Shown here: piece by piece, positions 1 to 11,763 of the stretch
Layout of the letters: each line of letters opens with the position of its first letter
How positions within the stretch are numbered: position 1 is the first letter of the stretch
Source: Mobula hypostoma
Lineage: Eukaryota
Reading direction: 5' to 3'
Assembly: GCF_963921235.1 (NCBI RefSeq)
Contig: NC_086120.1
Span: forward strand, 34,100,001-34,164,000
DNA length: 64,000 nt
The notes under the pieces: generated by a model
What the model was told of the DNA's origin: nothing
What the model saw: the letters and a program-made list of their open reading frames with translations, nothing else
Database searches by the model: none
Program-made: the position numbers and the translations under genes

Positions 1-885
1 GATACAAAGGTAGGTGGAGGGGCAGGTAGTGTAGAGGAAGCAGAGCCTGCGAAGGATTTGCATGGGTTGGAAGGATGGATAAAGAAGTGGCTGATGGAAT
101 AGCATAGGGAAGTATATGGTCATGCAAATTGGCAGAAGGAATGAAGGCAAAAATTCACAAATCAGAAGTGCAAAGGGACTTGGGAGTCGTGATGCAGAAT
201 TCCCTAAAGATTAGCTTGTAGGTTGAATTGGATGTAAGGAGAGCAACTTCAATGTTCGTGTTCAATCAAAGAGTGCTAGAATTTAAAAGCAGGACATATT
301 ACCGACGCTTTTATGAAGCATAGGTCGGACCACATTTAGAGTGTTCTGTGCATTTTAGGTTTCGTATGTATGGAAGGGTGTGCTAGCATTGGAGAGGATC
401 CAGAGATTTATGAAAACGATCTTGAGGATGAAAGTATTAATGATTTGAGGAGCTTTTGATGGCTCTGGGAATGTACCATTGGAGTTTAGAAGGATGTGGA
501 GCATCTCACTGAAACCTACTGAATTTCAAAAAGCCAGGATTGAGTGAATGTGGAGAAGATGTTTCCTACAGTGAAGAAGTCTATGACTAGAGGGCACAGC
601 CTCAAAATAAAAGGATATCCTTCAGAACTGAGATGTAGAGGAATTTCTTTAGCCACAGAATGGTGAATCTGTGGAATTCATTGCCATAAGACGGTTGGAG
701 AACGTCATTGGATATTTTTAAAGCAGAGGTGGTAGATAGGTTCTTGATTAGCAAAGGTGTCAAAAGTTATAGGGAGAAGGCAGGAGAATGGGTTGAGGGG
801 GAAAAATAAACTAGCCATGACTGGATGGTGAAATTGACTCTACGAGCCAAATGACCTAATTCTGCTCCCATGTCTCATGGTTTTA
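1..885 (+). mobile_element. CR1 LINE 3' fragment
   Basis: Decayed RT C-terminal region and typical CR1 3'UTR ending. Confidence 0.85.
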
Positions 886-904
886 AAATACTAGACCCAA
901 AATC

Positions 905-1985
905 AAGAACATAACAAATATGAGCAAGAACAAGCCATCTGGCCTGTCAAGCCTGCTCCACAAGATTATTGTTGATCTGTCCGTGGACTCACCTCTACCC
1001 ATCTGCTATTCCCAATGACATTTAATTCCCCAATAATGCAAAAATATTTACCTTAAATACAGTATACTTAATGAGGTAGCCTCTACTGATTCTTTGGGCA
1101 GAGAATTTCAGATTTGCTGCTCTCTGAGGAAACCAGCTCGTCCTCATCTCTAAATCTTTGTCCTAAATCTACTCCCTCACCTACCAGTTGAAGCAACTTT
1201 CCTGCCTCTATCTTATCTATCCCTTTCATAATTTTATTTCTGTAAGAGCCCTTTTCATCTTCTGCATTCCAGTGAGTATTGTCCAAGGTGACTTTATCTC
1301 TTCTCCTCACCTAATCTTCTTAATTTTGCGAATCAATCTGTTGAACCTCCTCTGCACTGCCTCCCAAAGACAGTCTACTTTTCCTCAAGTAGAGATCAGA
1401 ACTGCATGCAGTTTTCCAGGTGCAGCCTTACCACCTCCCAGCTTGTAAATGCAATTCCTCTAGCAAGGAAGGCCAACATATCATTTGCCTTATTAGCCTA
1501 CTGTAACTGAAGGAGTTGTGTGATTCATGGACCAGCATGTCCAAGTCCATCTGCACAACAGGATGCTGCTTTCACCATTTAAACAATAATCTGATCTTTT
1601 ATTTCTTTCCAAAGTGGATAACTGTGCATTTACCAATGTCACACTCCATCTGCCTGATGTTTGTCCACTCATTTCACCTATTTATATCTCTTTGCAGCCT
1701 CTCTGCACAACTTGCTTTACCACTCACTGTAGTGTCGTTGGCAAACTTAGATACAGTAGACTGTCCCCTAATCAATAATGTATATTTTCTACAGATGTAG
1801 GCCCAACACCAACCCCTATGGCACCCCACTGACTGGTAATCAGCACAACACCCATTTATTCAAACTTTCTGGCTTGGTTAACTAATTCTCTATTCATGTT
1901 AATACTCCCAACTCCATGCATTCTTATCTTATGAATAAGTTTTTCATGCAGCAACTTATGGAATGACTTCTGGAAATGTAAATAT
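905..1985 (-). mobile_element. CR1 LINE 3' fragment
   Basis: KIMKGIDKIEAG remnant; reverse CR1 tail. Confidence 0.8.
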
Positions 1986-2209
1986 GTACTGTACAAAAGT
2001 CAGGCACTTTGGCTAGGTAGCTATACAAATATAGATATTACAGTAAGTGCAAAAGTCTTGGGCACATATATATAGTTAGTGTTCAGCAGTTTCCCTCTAG
2101 TCGCTGCTTGTAATATCCTCAAACTCTACTGTATTTATTTCCCCTCGTAAATTAAGAAAATGGATTTCAAGATACTCCAGAATGTTTTGGCAAACAGGGG
2201 CAACTTGTC

Positions 2210-2880
2210 AAAGCGCGTCTAAAAGTCAGCAGGTCGAGCAGCATCTGAGACGGCAAAAGGAATTGTCCATGTTTCACATCGAGACCCTGCATCACTTTAA
2301 TTCACCCACCCCCACCCACCCCATGCGGCCCAACACACTGAGCCGCCCCAGCGGACTTTGGCTGCTCCTTATCGCAACATCTGCGGTCTCTTGTGTCACT
2401 GTAAAACAGGAACTCACTGCCCGGCGCAAACTGTTGCGACAAGATCGCCTCTCAAAGGGCCACCCTGCTGCGCTCGGAGGCCGCAGAACCGTGGAGAATG
2501 GCTTGGGTCCACCGGGCCGGGGATGGGGACTTGGAAGCGACCGAGAGGGTCTTGGCGCCAGTTAGGCCGCAGATGGAGGTTCGCGCGGCACCGGTAGCCC
2601 GGTGCGAAGTCCACTCCGACTGGTATCCCTCCACACCTGGGCATCGCCAGAGTCTTACCTTGCACCGCCGCCTGCTTCACCGCCGCAGCGGCTCCACGTC
2701 ATCGTTCAATCAACCCGTAGAACGGCCCGCTCCTTCTGACGGCATCGTTCAATCAACAGAACGGCCCGCCTCTTCATGGCGTCATCACTCAATCAACCCG
2801 TAGAACGGCCCGCCCCTTCTGACGGCATCGTTCAATCAACAGAACGGCCCGCCTCTTCATGGCGTCATCACTCAATCAAC
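2210..2880 (-). promoter_or_regulatory. CpG island with first exon (probably non-coding) of an unidentified minus-strand gene running off the left edge
   Basis: Dense CpG; consensus donor CAAG|GTAAGA with exon end at 2659; TGACGTGG at 2694-2701 (-). Confidence 0.7.
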
Positions 2881-2953
2881 CCATGAAACAACAGACCCCT
2901 TCATGATATCATCTCTCAATCTACCCAGAGGATGACACACCCCTTTCATATTA
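2700..2953. repeat. Tandem array of six 40-44 bp units with an 83-bp (43+40) higher-order period
   Basis: Units start at 2700, 2743, 2783, 2826, 2866 and 2910. Units 2 and 4 are identical, 1 and 3 nearly so, 5 and 6 degenerate. Confidence 0.92.
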
Positions 2954-3250
2954 TTAATTAATCCAGAAAACGGCGCTTCAACCCTTTACCTCTTCCACCT
3001 ATCCCTTCCCAGTTTATTCCTCCAATTCTCTCACCTTCCCCCCCTGACCTATCACTGCCATCGTGTACTCCTTGCCTTCCCCCCAGTCTAGCTGCTTCCT
3101 CCTTCCTTTCTAGTTCAGAAGAAGGATCTTGGCTGAAGACGTTCACTGTTTATTCCTGTGGATGCTGCCTGACTTGCTGAATTCCTGCAGCATTTTGTGT
3201 GCGATGCTCAAAATTTCTGGCATTTGTAGAATCTCTTTTGTTTATGATTT
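2950..3250 (+). mobile_element. Degenerate Penelope pLTR fragment
   Basis: Pyrimidine-rich tract followed by gatgctgcctgacttgctgaattcctgcagcattttgtgtg. Confidence 0.7.
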
Positions 3251-3661
3251 GTGACTCCTACTGTCATCATTGCTCGATCAAACACTTGGACTCATTCCCC
3301 TTCCTGAATTAATCAAACAGGGCTGAGGATGGGTTTCACCATCTGACGTCAATATGCAGTCTATTTTAAGGTGAAGGAGCACAGCCTGATCATTGAACAA
3401 GGCTCCTTACTTCTTGAATCTTTTTTTCACTAGGCAATTTATTAATATGGTAAAGTGGTCGAGATCAGTGAACAGGAGGGCCCAATTACCTTAGAATGTT
3501 GTTCAAATGAGTAGGGGAACACTGTACCCATAGTTTTCCAATAGATTAAAGGTTTCATAGCCCCTCTGCTATTTTTATTTTCCCAGTGATAAATTGTCTA
3601 ATTTCTGTCCTATTAGAGTTCACATTTGCCATCATTAGCCTTCCTATTTAACACCTAATGA

Positions 3662-4690
3662 AATTTAAACTCTTCTCGGGCTTCCAGCCAGGTACAGATG
3701 TTGATTTTAACTGACGTTTTGATGACAAACTCTGCCGTCTTCATAAGGGATGATGCCTGGGCATGTCTAGACAGCTGGTATTTATAAACCTGTCATCTGT
3801 TCCAGCTGATTGGTTATTCCTCATCCAAACTGGTTTCCACTGTCCCACTTTGTTTACAATGGAATTCCAGTTCTTACTTAGAGCGAGATCTTCATCTTTG
3901 TTAAAATTCTTTTCTTCTAGTTTTATTTAAAAAGCTTCTTTTTAGTTTTATTTGAATAGCGGTCCCGAAAGCCATTGGCACAGCAGAGTAATTTTGTGCC
4001 ATTGAAGTCAATTCTATGGCCATTGCGAATACAATGTTTTGCCTGTGCCGATTTCTCCGGGTAACCCAAACAGATACAGCTCTTGTGCTCCTTGATGAAG
4101 GTTTCTACTGTGCAACCGGTCTGGCCAATCTACGCTGCTTTGCATTCACAGTGAATTCTGTAAACACCAGCCGACCTGAGTCCCAAGTTATCTTTGACCC
4201 GCATAAACAGTGATTTGAGCTTCCTTACGGGTTTGTGTATGGTATTAATCTGGTAGTTCTTCAGGATCCTGACGATTCTTCCAGAAGCCTTGGAAATACA
4301 GGGAAGACAGATGGTGGTAGCAATGGGTTCTTCCTTCCTGATGAAGATGGCAAAATTTGCCATCGAAACGTTAGTTAAAATTGATACCTGTACTCGCTGG
4401 AAGCCCGAGAAGAGTTTATTCGTTATGTACGCCGGGAAAGCACTAGATCCTTTTTCACCTAAAGAAGTTACTGCAAATGGTTCCTCATCTATTTTACTCT
4501 GATGTTGGTTGGCACCTTCCCCAAGTGAATGGCTGAGACGGTAACCTGACTGTTCTATTTTGACTTTGGTCAGCTTTGTATCTGAGCCAGATTTCCCTCT
4601 CATCTGATAACCACTCAACTAACACCAATAGCCATACCTCTTTGGAAAGCAATAACATTGCCCAAGATTTGGGATTGGAGGTCAAGATTC
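3662..4690 (-). mobile_element. Penelope-like element 3' part (GIY-YIG endonuclease remnant plus pLTR)
   Basis: CLPCISKASGRIVRILKNYQINTIHKP...SAGVYRIHCECKAA*IGQTG...IKEH reads as the PLE linker and GIY-YIG domain with a stop codon. Confidence 0.88.
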
Positions 4691-5257
4691 AAGATTGTTT
4701 AATGTCATTTCCAATACACAAGTGCAAAGGAGAATGAGATAATTGTTACTCTGGATCCCATGCAGCTCACAAAAATAATAAGATAAAGAACACAACAATA
4801 AATATAAATACATAAACTAGCTTATATATATAGATTGATTGTACGTCTGTAAAGTGACACTAGGAACAACATAAGGTGTCTGAGAGTGTTAGTGAGTATT
4901 CTAGAGTTATGTGGATAGAGCAGATATTAATTCAAACGAACCATTCTTCAGTTCTTATAGTAAATGCAAATAAGTTCGGGATGCTTTCAATTAGTCTTCA
5001 GTTCTTATTGGAAATTGCAAGCAGTAAATTGAAGTTAAACTGAGCTACAGTCTAAGAGATACGGTTTGCAAAATGGTGACCAGGAGATGCTTGTATATGC
5101 ATCACACAATGAGTTGGTGTTGATTGTCCTGCAGCAATCGAAGCAACTATGGGTTTAAGAAATTTGCAGCATAGTAAATAAATTCAGAGAGGCTTGGAAT
5201 TAGCAAGGGTATTTGAACATTCAGAGTGTCTCCCACTGTTGACATGTAACTCAAAGG

Positions 5258-6224
5258 AAGCATTATCAGCTTTTGGCACACTGGCCTTCATAGATTAAAG
5301 TGTTGAGTACAGGAGATGAGGTGTTATGTTGAAAGTATATACAACACAGGTGAGGCTTAATTTGGAGATTTGTGCAGTTTTGCTCACCTACCTACAGGAA
5401 AGATGTAAATACTGAAAGAGTACAGAGGAAATTTACAAGGATGTTGCTGGGACTGGAGGACCTGAAACATTGAATAGGTTAGAACTCTATTCCCTAGAAC
5501 ATAGAAGATTAGGGAAGATTCGATAGAGGCATACTGTCAGTACTTCCAGTTGAACTCTGTCTTTTTGTGTGTTTCCCCCTAGCTGTCAGTCTGTGGTTTT
5601 GTATTGCCATGTGCTCCTGTCCCCACTCCTGCTCTACCCCAGCCCCTGTATTACTGAGTACTTCATCTTTCACCTGTTTCTCACTATTACCTGTATTGCT
5701 GCCACCTGAGTCTCATTGTGCTCCACCAATCATCTGCCTCTCTGTTTATTGCTCAGTGTATTTCAGTCCTGTGTTTTCACTTGTTTGTTGCCAGATTGTG
5801 TGGGTGAATTTTCCTGAGCCTTTCCAGTATTTGTGTCTGTCTGTAAACTCTGCCTGATTCTGGTTTTTGGATTTTTCTGGATGTTTTGATCTCTGCCTGA
5901 CTTTGTTTGCACCTTGGCATTTGTTACTCAATTAATATCACTGTGTGCACAGTACTGGATCTGTGATTGCATCCCTGCTCCAACATCCTCACATATATGA
6001 AATTGTGAGGGGTATAGATTGGATAAATGCAAGCAGGTTTTTTCCCCCACAGAGGTTTGGTGAGACTACAACTGGAGGTCATATGTTAAGGGTGAAAGGT
6101 GAAATGTTTAAGAGGAACATGAGGGGAAGCTTCTTCACTCAGAGTGGTGAGCGTGTGGAAAGAGCTGCCAATACAGTGGTGGATGCAATTTTGATTTCAA
6201 CATTCAAGAAAAGTTTGGATGGAT
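5258..6224 (+). mobile_element. CR1 LINE fragment split by a solo LTR
   Basis: YEIVRGIDWINASRFFP...GHMLRVKG remnant. Confidence 0.8.
5535..5993 (+). mobile_element. Solo LTR inserted in a CR1 fragment
   Basis: TG...CA ends, 459 bp; CR1 resumes in register on both sides; decayed 5-bp TSD (catac/tatat). Confidence 0.68.
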
Positions 6225-6783
6225 GAGAGAGATGGCACCTTTGTGTATATACATCCTTGATGGCTGGTTGGCTGGTGCCAGTGATGGTTGGGCAGTTTTG
6301 ACCACTGATTTTAGAGCCTTCCTATCTGCCACAGTTTCTGTATCATGCAGCTTGCTTGAATGCTTTCTACTGCACGTCTGTAGAATGATGTGTATAGGAG
6401 GAAACCTACGTGGTCACAGGGAGAACATACAAAGTCCTTTCAGACAGTGATGGGATTTGAACCTGGGCTGCTGGTACTGTAAATTGTGCTAACAACTATG
6501 CTACAGAGCCGCCCCAACTTCAGTACATTTATCACTTCAGATAACTTCAGAGATACAGTACTGGAGGAGGCCATTTGAACTGGCTACCCTGATACTTAAT
6601 CTATTTGCAGTTCTTTACAGTTCCTTAAGATGAGGAACTGTGATAGTAAAACTAAGCCTTAATTCTGAGTTTGTTATTAACAATTTAGCTACATTAATAA
6701 TTGAAACACATTCATTATAATAAAATATATAATTTCACTTAACTGGTTATACCCACAATGATCACAATCCAATTACATAATCT

Positions 6784-6789
6784 TTTATT
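6784..6789 (-). terminator. Candidate polyadenylation signal of the REEP6-like paralog
   Basis: AATAAA on the minus strand downstream of the TGA at 6958. Confidence 0.5.
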
Positions 6790-6957
6790 TTTGATCTAAG
6801 ATGGTGCATTGCCAGAAACTTTGTGCACAATCTATTCAAACAACATTTCTTAAGGGAGGATGCATTTGGGACTGTACAGGAGTTTCACTTATGAAGTTCT
6901 GACTGGAAACACTTGGGATACCATCACCTCATTATTTCCCCATTCACAGTGGGCTTC

Positions 6958-7007
6958 TCACTTGATCAATGATTTGCCAAAGATGGCACTTAATTTATTT
7001 CTGCGTG
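6958..7007 (-). CDS. REEP6-like paralog terminal coding exon (A-RRNKLSAIFGKSLIK-stop)
   Basis: Acceptor ttttgtatttcag|CAC is near-identical to the REEP6 terminal acceptor; phase 1; AATAAA about 170 nt downstream. Confidence 0.68.
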
Positions 7008-7120
7008 CTGAAATACAAAATGACCAATCATTAATGTCACAAGAGGTCAATATCGTCAGATAATGCTTTTACTGCCACTTAACCCATCAGGTAAGCCAAT
7101 ACTGTTTATAATTACTTGTC

Positions 7121-7290
7121 TGGCCAGGCAGCACCTATGGAGAAAAGTACAGTCGTCATTCCTGCTGAAGGGTTTCAGCCCGAAACATCGACTGTACTCT
7201 TTTCCATAGATACTGCCTGGCCTGCTGAGTTCATCCAGCATTTTGTGTGTGTTACTTGGATTTCCAACATCTGTAGATTTTCTCTTGTTT
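7121..7290 (+). mobile_element. Penelope pLTR insertion with inverted arm and degenerate hammerhead core
   Basis: Inverted arms at about 7122-7155 and 7189-7222; flanking direct repeat tgtttataatYacttgtc. Confidence 0.8.
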
Positions 7291-8514
7291 ATAATCACTT
7301 GTCCTGTTAGTAAGCCCCACACCATCATCTCTTCTGCACTGAGTTCAAAATTAGTGGCTAGTGTTATCTTTTAATCCCTTTCAAAGGACTCCTGCTTGGG
7401 CTGTCATCCAGCTCAGAAAAAGGAAAGGAAGAGAGAAAAGAAGATTCTAGAGCCAAGCCCATATATTTCAAGAGGTCACCTTACATTCTGTCTTTCCTCA
7501 GAAGAAAACGCTGTCACTCCAGGAATGTTTCTAAGTAAAGAATAGTTTTTCCTTGAACATGGGGTCATAGAATAGAACAGCATGGAAAATAGCCCTTCAG
7601 GCTGACTCATTCGTACTGACTGAAATTAATGCACGATAGAAAGCATTCTGTCTGGATACATAATGGTTTGTTATGGCAATTGCTCTGCAGGTGACCACAA
7701 GAAACTGTAGAAAGTTGTGAGCACAGCTCGGAATATCACAGGAACCAGCCTTCCCTCTGTGGTCTCTGCATATACTTCTTGCTATCTCAGTAGAGTGGGC
7801 AGCTTCATCAAAGACTCCACCCACCTCCGATATTCTCTCTTCTCCCCTTTCTATTGTGCAGAAGATACAAAAGCCTGAAAGCACATATCACCAGGCTCAA
7901 GGATGGCTTCTATTCTTCACCCCCCCCCCATTATTACCAGACTCTTGAATGGATCTCTTGTATGATATGATTGGCTCTTGGCCTTGCAAACAATCTCGCT
8001 ATGATCTTGTACTTTATCTTTGGTAGCTTTTACACATTATTCTGCTTTGCTATTGTTTTGCCTTAGCTCAGTGTGTGATGGTTTGATCTGTATAAACAGT
8101 ATGCAAGACAAGCTTTTCACTGTATGTGACAATAATAAACCACCAATACCAATAGCAAATGCCTATATATTGAAGATGCCATTTTCCTGCATCTGTTCCT
8201 TTTCAGTCTGTGAACCCTGTTGAAGTGCTTTTTAAACCTTGTGATTGTGGCTGTCCTTCCGGCCTCTTGTGGCAGCTTGTTCTATTTGCTCTCGGCATGT
8301 GAAGACCCAGGTTGGACACAGAACCAGAAGATACGGCCTCACCAAAGCCATGCTGATCTGCAACTAGACTTCATTACTTTTGTATTGCATTTCCCTTGCT
8401 ATGAAAGCTAACTCCGCACTCGATGAGCCCATTGTGTTATTAGTCATAAATCATCAGGCAAGTTCCACACTACAATGGATTGATTGAGTGTCTTTATTTT
8501 GAGTTTTGTCTTAC

Positions 8515-8559
8515 CTTTTGGGGTTGAGGTGATGCCAATCATGTCCATTGTTGAGGAAC
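8515..8559 (-). CDS. REEP6-like paralog candidate exon 4 (GSSTMDMIGITSTPK), symmetric 45 nt
   Basis: Strong acceptor ttccctttttcttccag and donor AAG|gtaaga; open in phase 1-1; unique sequence; no homology support. Confidence 0.65.
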
Positions 8560-8785
8560 CTGGAAGAAAAAGGGAAAATAGTGCATATTCATAGAAGTTG
8601 ACTCTCATCTTCCCTAATACAAATCAGAGCTGATTTCACCAATATTCCACTTCAAAATCTTCTCCCTTTCTATTCAGAAGATTTGGGCTCATGGGTTTGG
8701 TGTTAAGGAGCCAAAAAAGAACTTTGCTATCTGACAAATTTGCTCTTGTATAAAACTAGCGAAGTGTTAAACGGTGTGTAATGTG

Positions 8786-8927
8786 AACAACAGGAATTCT
8801 GCAGATGCTGGAAATTCAAGCAACACACATAAACTCTGCAGATGCTGGAAGGGTCTCGGCCTGAAACGTCGACTGCACCTCTTCCTAAAGATGCTGCCTG
8901 GCCTGCTGCGTTCACCAGCAACTTTTA
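8786..8927. mobile_element. Rearranged (inverted) Penelope pLTR fragment
   Basis: pLTR pieces in both orientations; 13-bp flanking direct repeat ggtgtgtaatgtg. Confidence 0.78.
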
Positions 8928-11378
8928 GGTGTGTAATGTGGATGTGTTGTAACTTGCCTGCATTAGGGGGTTTTGGAATTTTGGCCTCTGATGGATGTCC
9001 TTTTTACCCATTGACACCATTGGTGAATGCCTACTTCTGACTAGGCTGTATACATACAGGAATTTCCCCTCTAAACTTCTCTAACTCTCTCTTTCCTTTT
9101 CTTAAATGCCACTTAAAGCCTGCATCTGATCATAAGAACATCTCCACATGTTGCTGGGAGCCAAACTTTAGACATAACACTCTTATGAACACTGTACATA
9201 TTTTGCCATATGTGCCATATAAACCATATGTGAGCCCCCTGCACAGTCCTTTGACCCACAGGCAAAAGTGAATCAATCTTACTTATAGAAGGTGCAGTAA
9301 ATTTTCTGATGTCCCATCCAAACACATTTACCCACCCAGCACAAACTAAAGCTATCTGGTTATCCCTGATTTACTGGCATCAATAACCCAGGAAACCACA
9401 GTTACATTGTGAATAGTCGTCAGCTGATCTGGAGATACCAAAGGGACATTGGATCAACTATTAGCCATTGCTGTGTAATGTCTTTCATGATTACTCTGAC
9501 AGTGTCAGGTGAGGTAATTGGGGAGAGAATGAACTTATCGATGAAGCAACATTGTTGAGTGTAACGTAGCCACAGGAACTCTGTAAGAAAACTTTTGATT
9601 CTGTCCATTACCTTCTCAGATGTTGCCTTGTACAGAGACTGGTAGATTGGTCATCGTGGCTCAAGGTTTCAAAAAGTTGGGAATCAAAGATTAATATGGT
9701 TCTGTAGTGTTTAGCGTAACACTTTACAGTACAGATGACCCATGTTAAATTCCCACTGCTGCCTTTCAGGAGGTTGTACATTTTCAGCACGACCGTATGG
9801 GTTTCCCCCTAGTGCTCTGGTTTCCTTCCACAGTACAAAGATGTTATGTTAATAACATTTAACAGTTGATATGTTAATTGGTCATTGTAAATTGTCCCAT
9901 GATCAGGCTAGGATTAAAAGGGCTGGAAGGACCTACTCCACACTGTATCTCAATAAATAAATATTGTGGCTTCAAGAGGCAGGACTTCCAATGTATATTC
10001 TCACATTTTGTTATGACAAAGAAGGAGTTCATTCACCCATTACCTCAAAGCTGGCTCAATGAGCACCCTTATTAATTTTCCATGCAACATGTTCTCCCTG
10101 CAATTCCATTGACTCCACCCGGTTTCTGTCATCTGCATTCCCCCAAGGGGAAATTCAGAATGATCAATTATCCTTCAAAATCTTTGGAACGGGGGAGAAA
10201 ACTCATGCTCTCCTCTCACTACCAAAACCGGACAGGAGGCATGGGAGCCTTCGGTCGCACACCACCAGGATCAGTAACAGTTATTACCCTACAACTATTG
10301 GGCTCCTGAACCAACATGGATAACTTCACTCAATGTAACTCTGAACTGATTCCACAACCTATGGACTCGCTTTCAAGGACTTGTCAACTCACATTCTCAG
10401 TATTATTTACATTTTTTATTTGCACAATTTGTCTTCTTTTGCACATTGGTTATTTGTCCGTCTTTGTTTATGTATAGTTTTTCATAAATTCTATTTATAG
10501 AAACGTAGAAATCTACAGTACATTACAGGCCCTTCAGCCCACAATGTTGTGCCGACCATTTGACCTATTCTAGAAACTGCCTTGAATTACCCTACCGCAT
10601 AGCCCTCTATTTTTCTAAGCTCCATGTACCCATCTAAGAGTCTCTTAAAAGACCATTTTTTATCCACCTCTATCACCTTTGCTGGCAGCGCATTCCACGC
10701 ACCCACCACACTCTGTGTGGAAAAACTTACCTCTGACATTCCCCTTGTACTTGCTTCCGAGCACCTTAAAACTATGCCCCCCTCATGTTAGCCATTTCAG
10801 CCCTGGGGAAAAAAAGCCTCTGGCTATCCCCATGATCAATGCTCTCATCATCTTATACACCTCTATCTTATATTTCTTTATTTTTCTGCAAGAACCCGCA
10901 AGAAAATTAATCTTAATGTATTATATGGTAACATATACGTACGATGATAATCAATTTAATTTGACTTTGAACTAGAGCAGGTGATGGGAACTGATGGATT
11001 GCTGGAGCTATGAGGCCGTAGCTCTACTGTTTGTGCCACTGGGTCTCCCACTTGCGTTGAGAAGTGATGCACATATTTATTTAGTAAGACTGAAATACTT
11101 GGACTTTTTGCCTTTTAATCTGCTTTAAAGTGTTACCGGAACCCCCGGGGTCTTGTTCTAAAGGTTAGGCATTAACTTTAACCTAAGCCTTCTCACTGTC
11201 ATACATTCCCACAGAATAATGCAACATAGAATGAGCCCATTGACCCACCATGTCGTTAAGTAACCGTCCATACTAATCTCCTTTTCCAATACTTAGCCTT
11301 CAATGAATGGATGCATTAAGTGGTACATTGCCTCACATGGTAGTAGGGTTTGACACATTCTGATCAGGTCCGCAGTAT

Positions 11379-11763
11379 TACATAAGAACATATGAAATAG
11401 GAGCAGGAGTAGGCCATTTGGCCTGTCGAGCCTGCTCCACCATTCAATAAGATCATGGCTGATCTGGCCATGGACTCATCTCCACCTACCTGCCTTTTCC
11501 CCATAACCCTTAATTCCCCTACCATGCAAAAATCTATTCAACCTTGTCTTAAATATATTTACTGAGGTAGCCTCCACTGCCTCATTGGGCAGAGAATTCC
11601 ACAGATTCACCACTCTCTGGGAAAAGCAGTTCCACCTCATCTCTGTCCTAAATCTATTGCCCTGAATCTTGAGGCTATGTCCCCTAGTTCTAGTCTCACC
11701 TACCAGTGGAAACTTCTATCCCTTTCATAATTTTATATGCTTCTATAAGATGTCCTCATATTC
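11379..11763 (-). mobile_element. CR1 LINE 3' end
   Basis: acataagaacata tail; near-identical to other CR1 3' ends in the window. Confidence 0.82.

Noticed and set aside
2182-2803. Overlapping ORFs in the left CpG island, including MTWSRCGGEAGGGA before the donor
   Set aside because: Expected in GC-rich DNA; no recognisable protein, so the gene cannot be named.
2700-2953. CRISPR-like appearance of the spaced repeat
   Set aside because: The would-be spacers are themselves repeated, there are no cas genes, and the context is a vertebrate CpG island.
7485-7530. Possible extra paralog exon (tttacttag...gtaagg)
   Set aside because: Gives a stop after five codons in the required phase and has no homology support.
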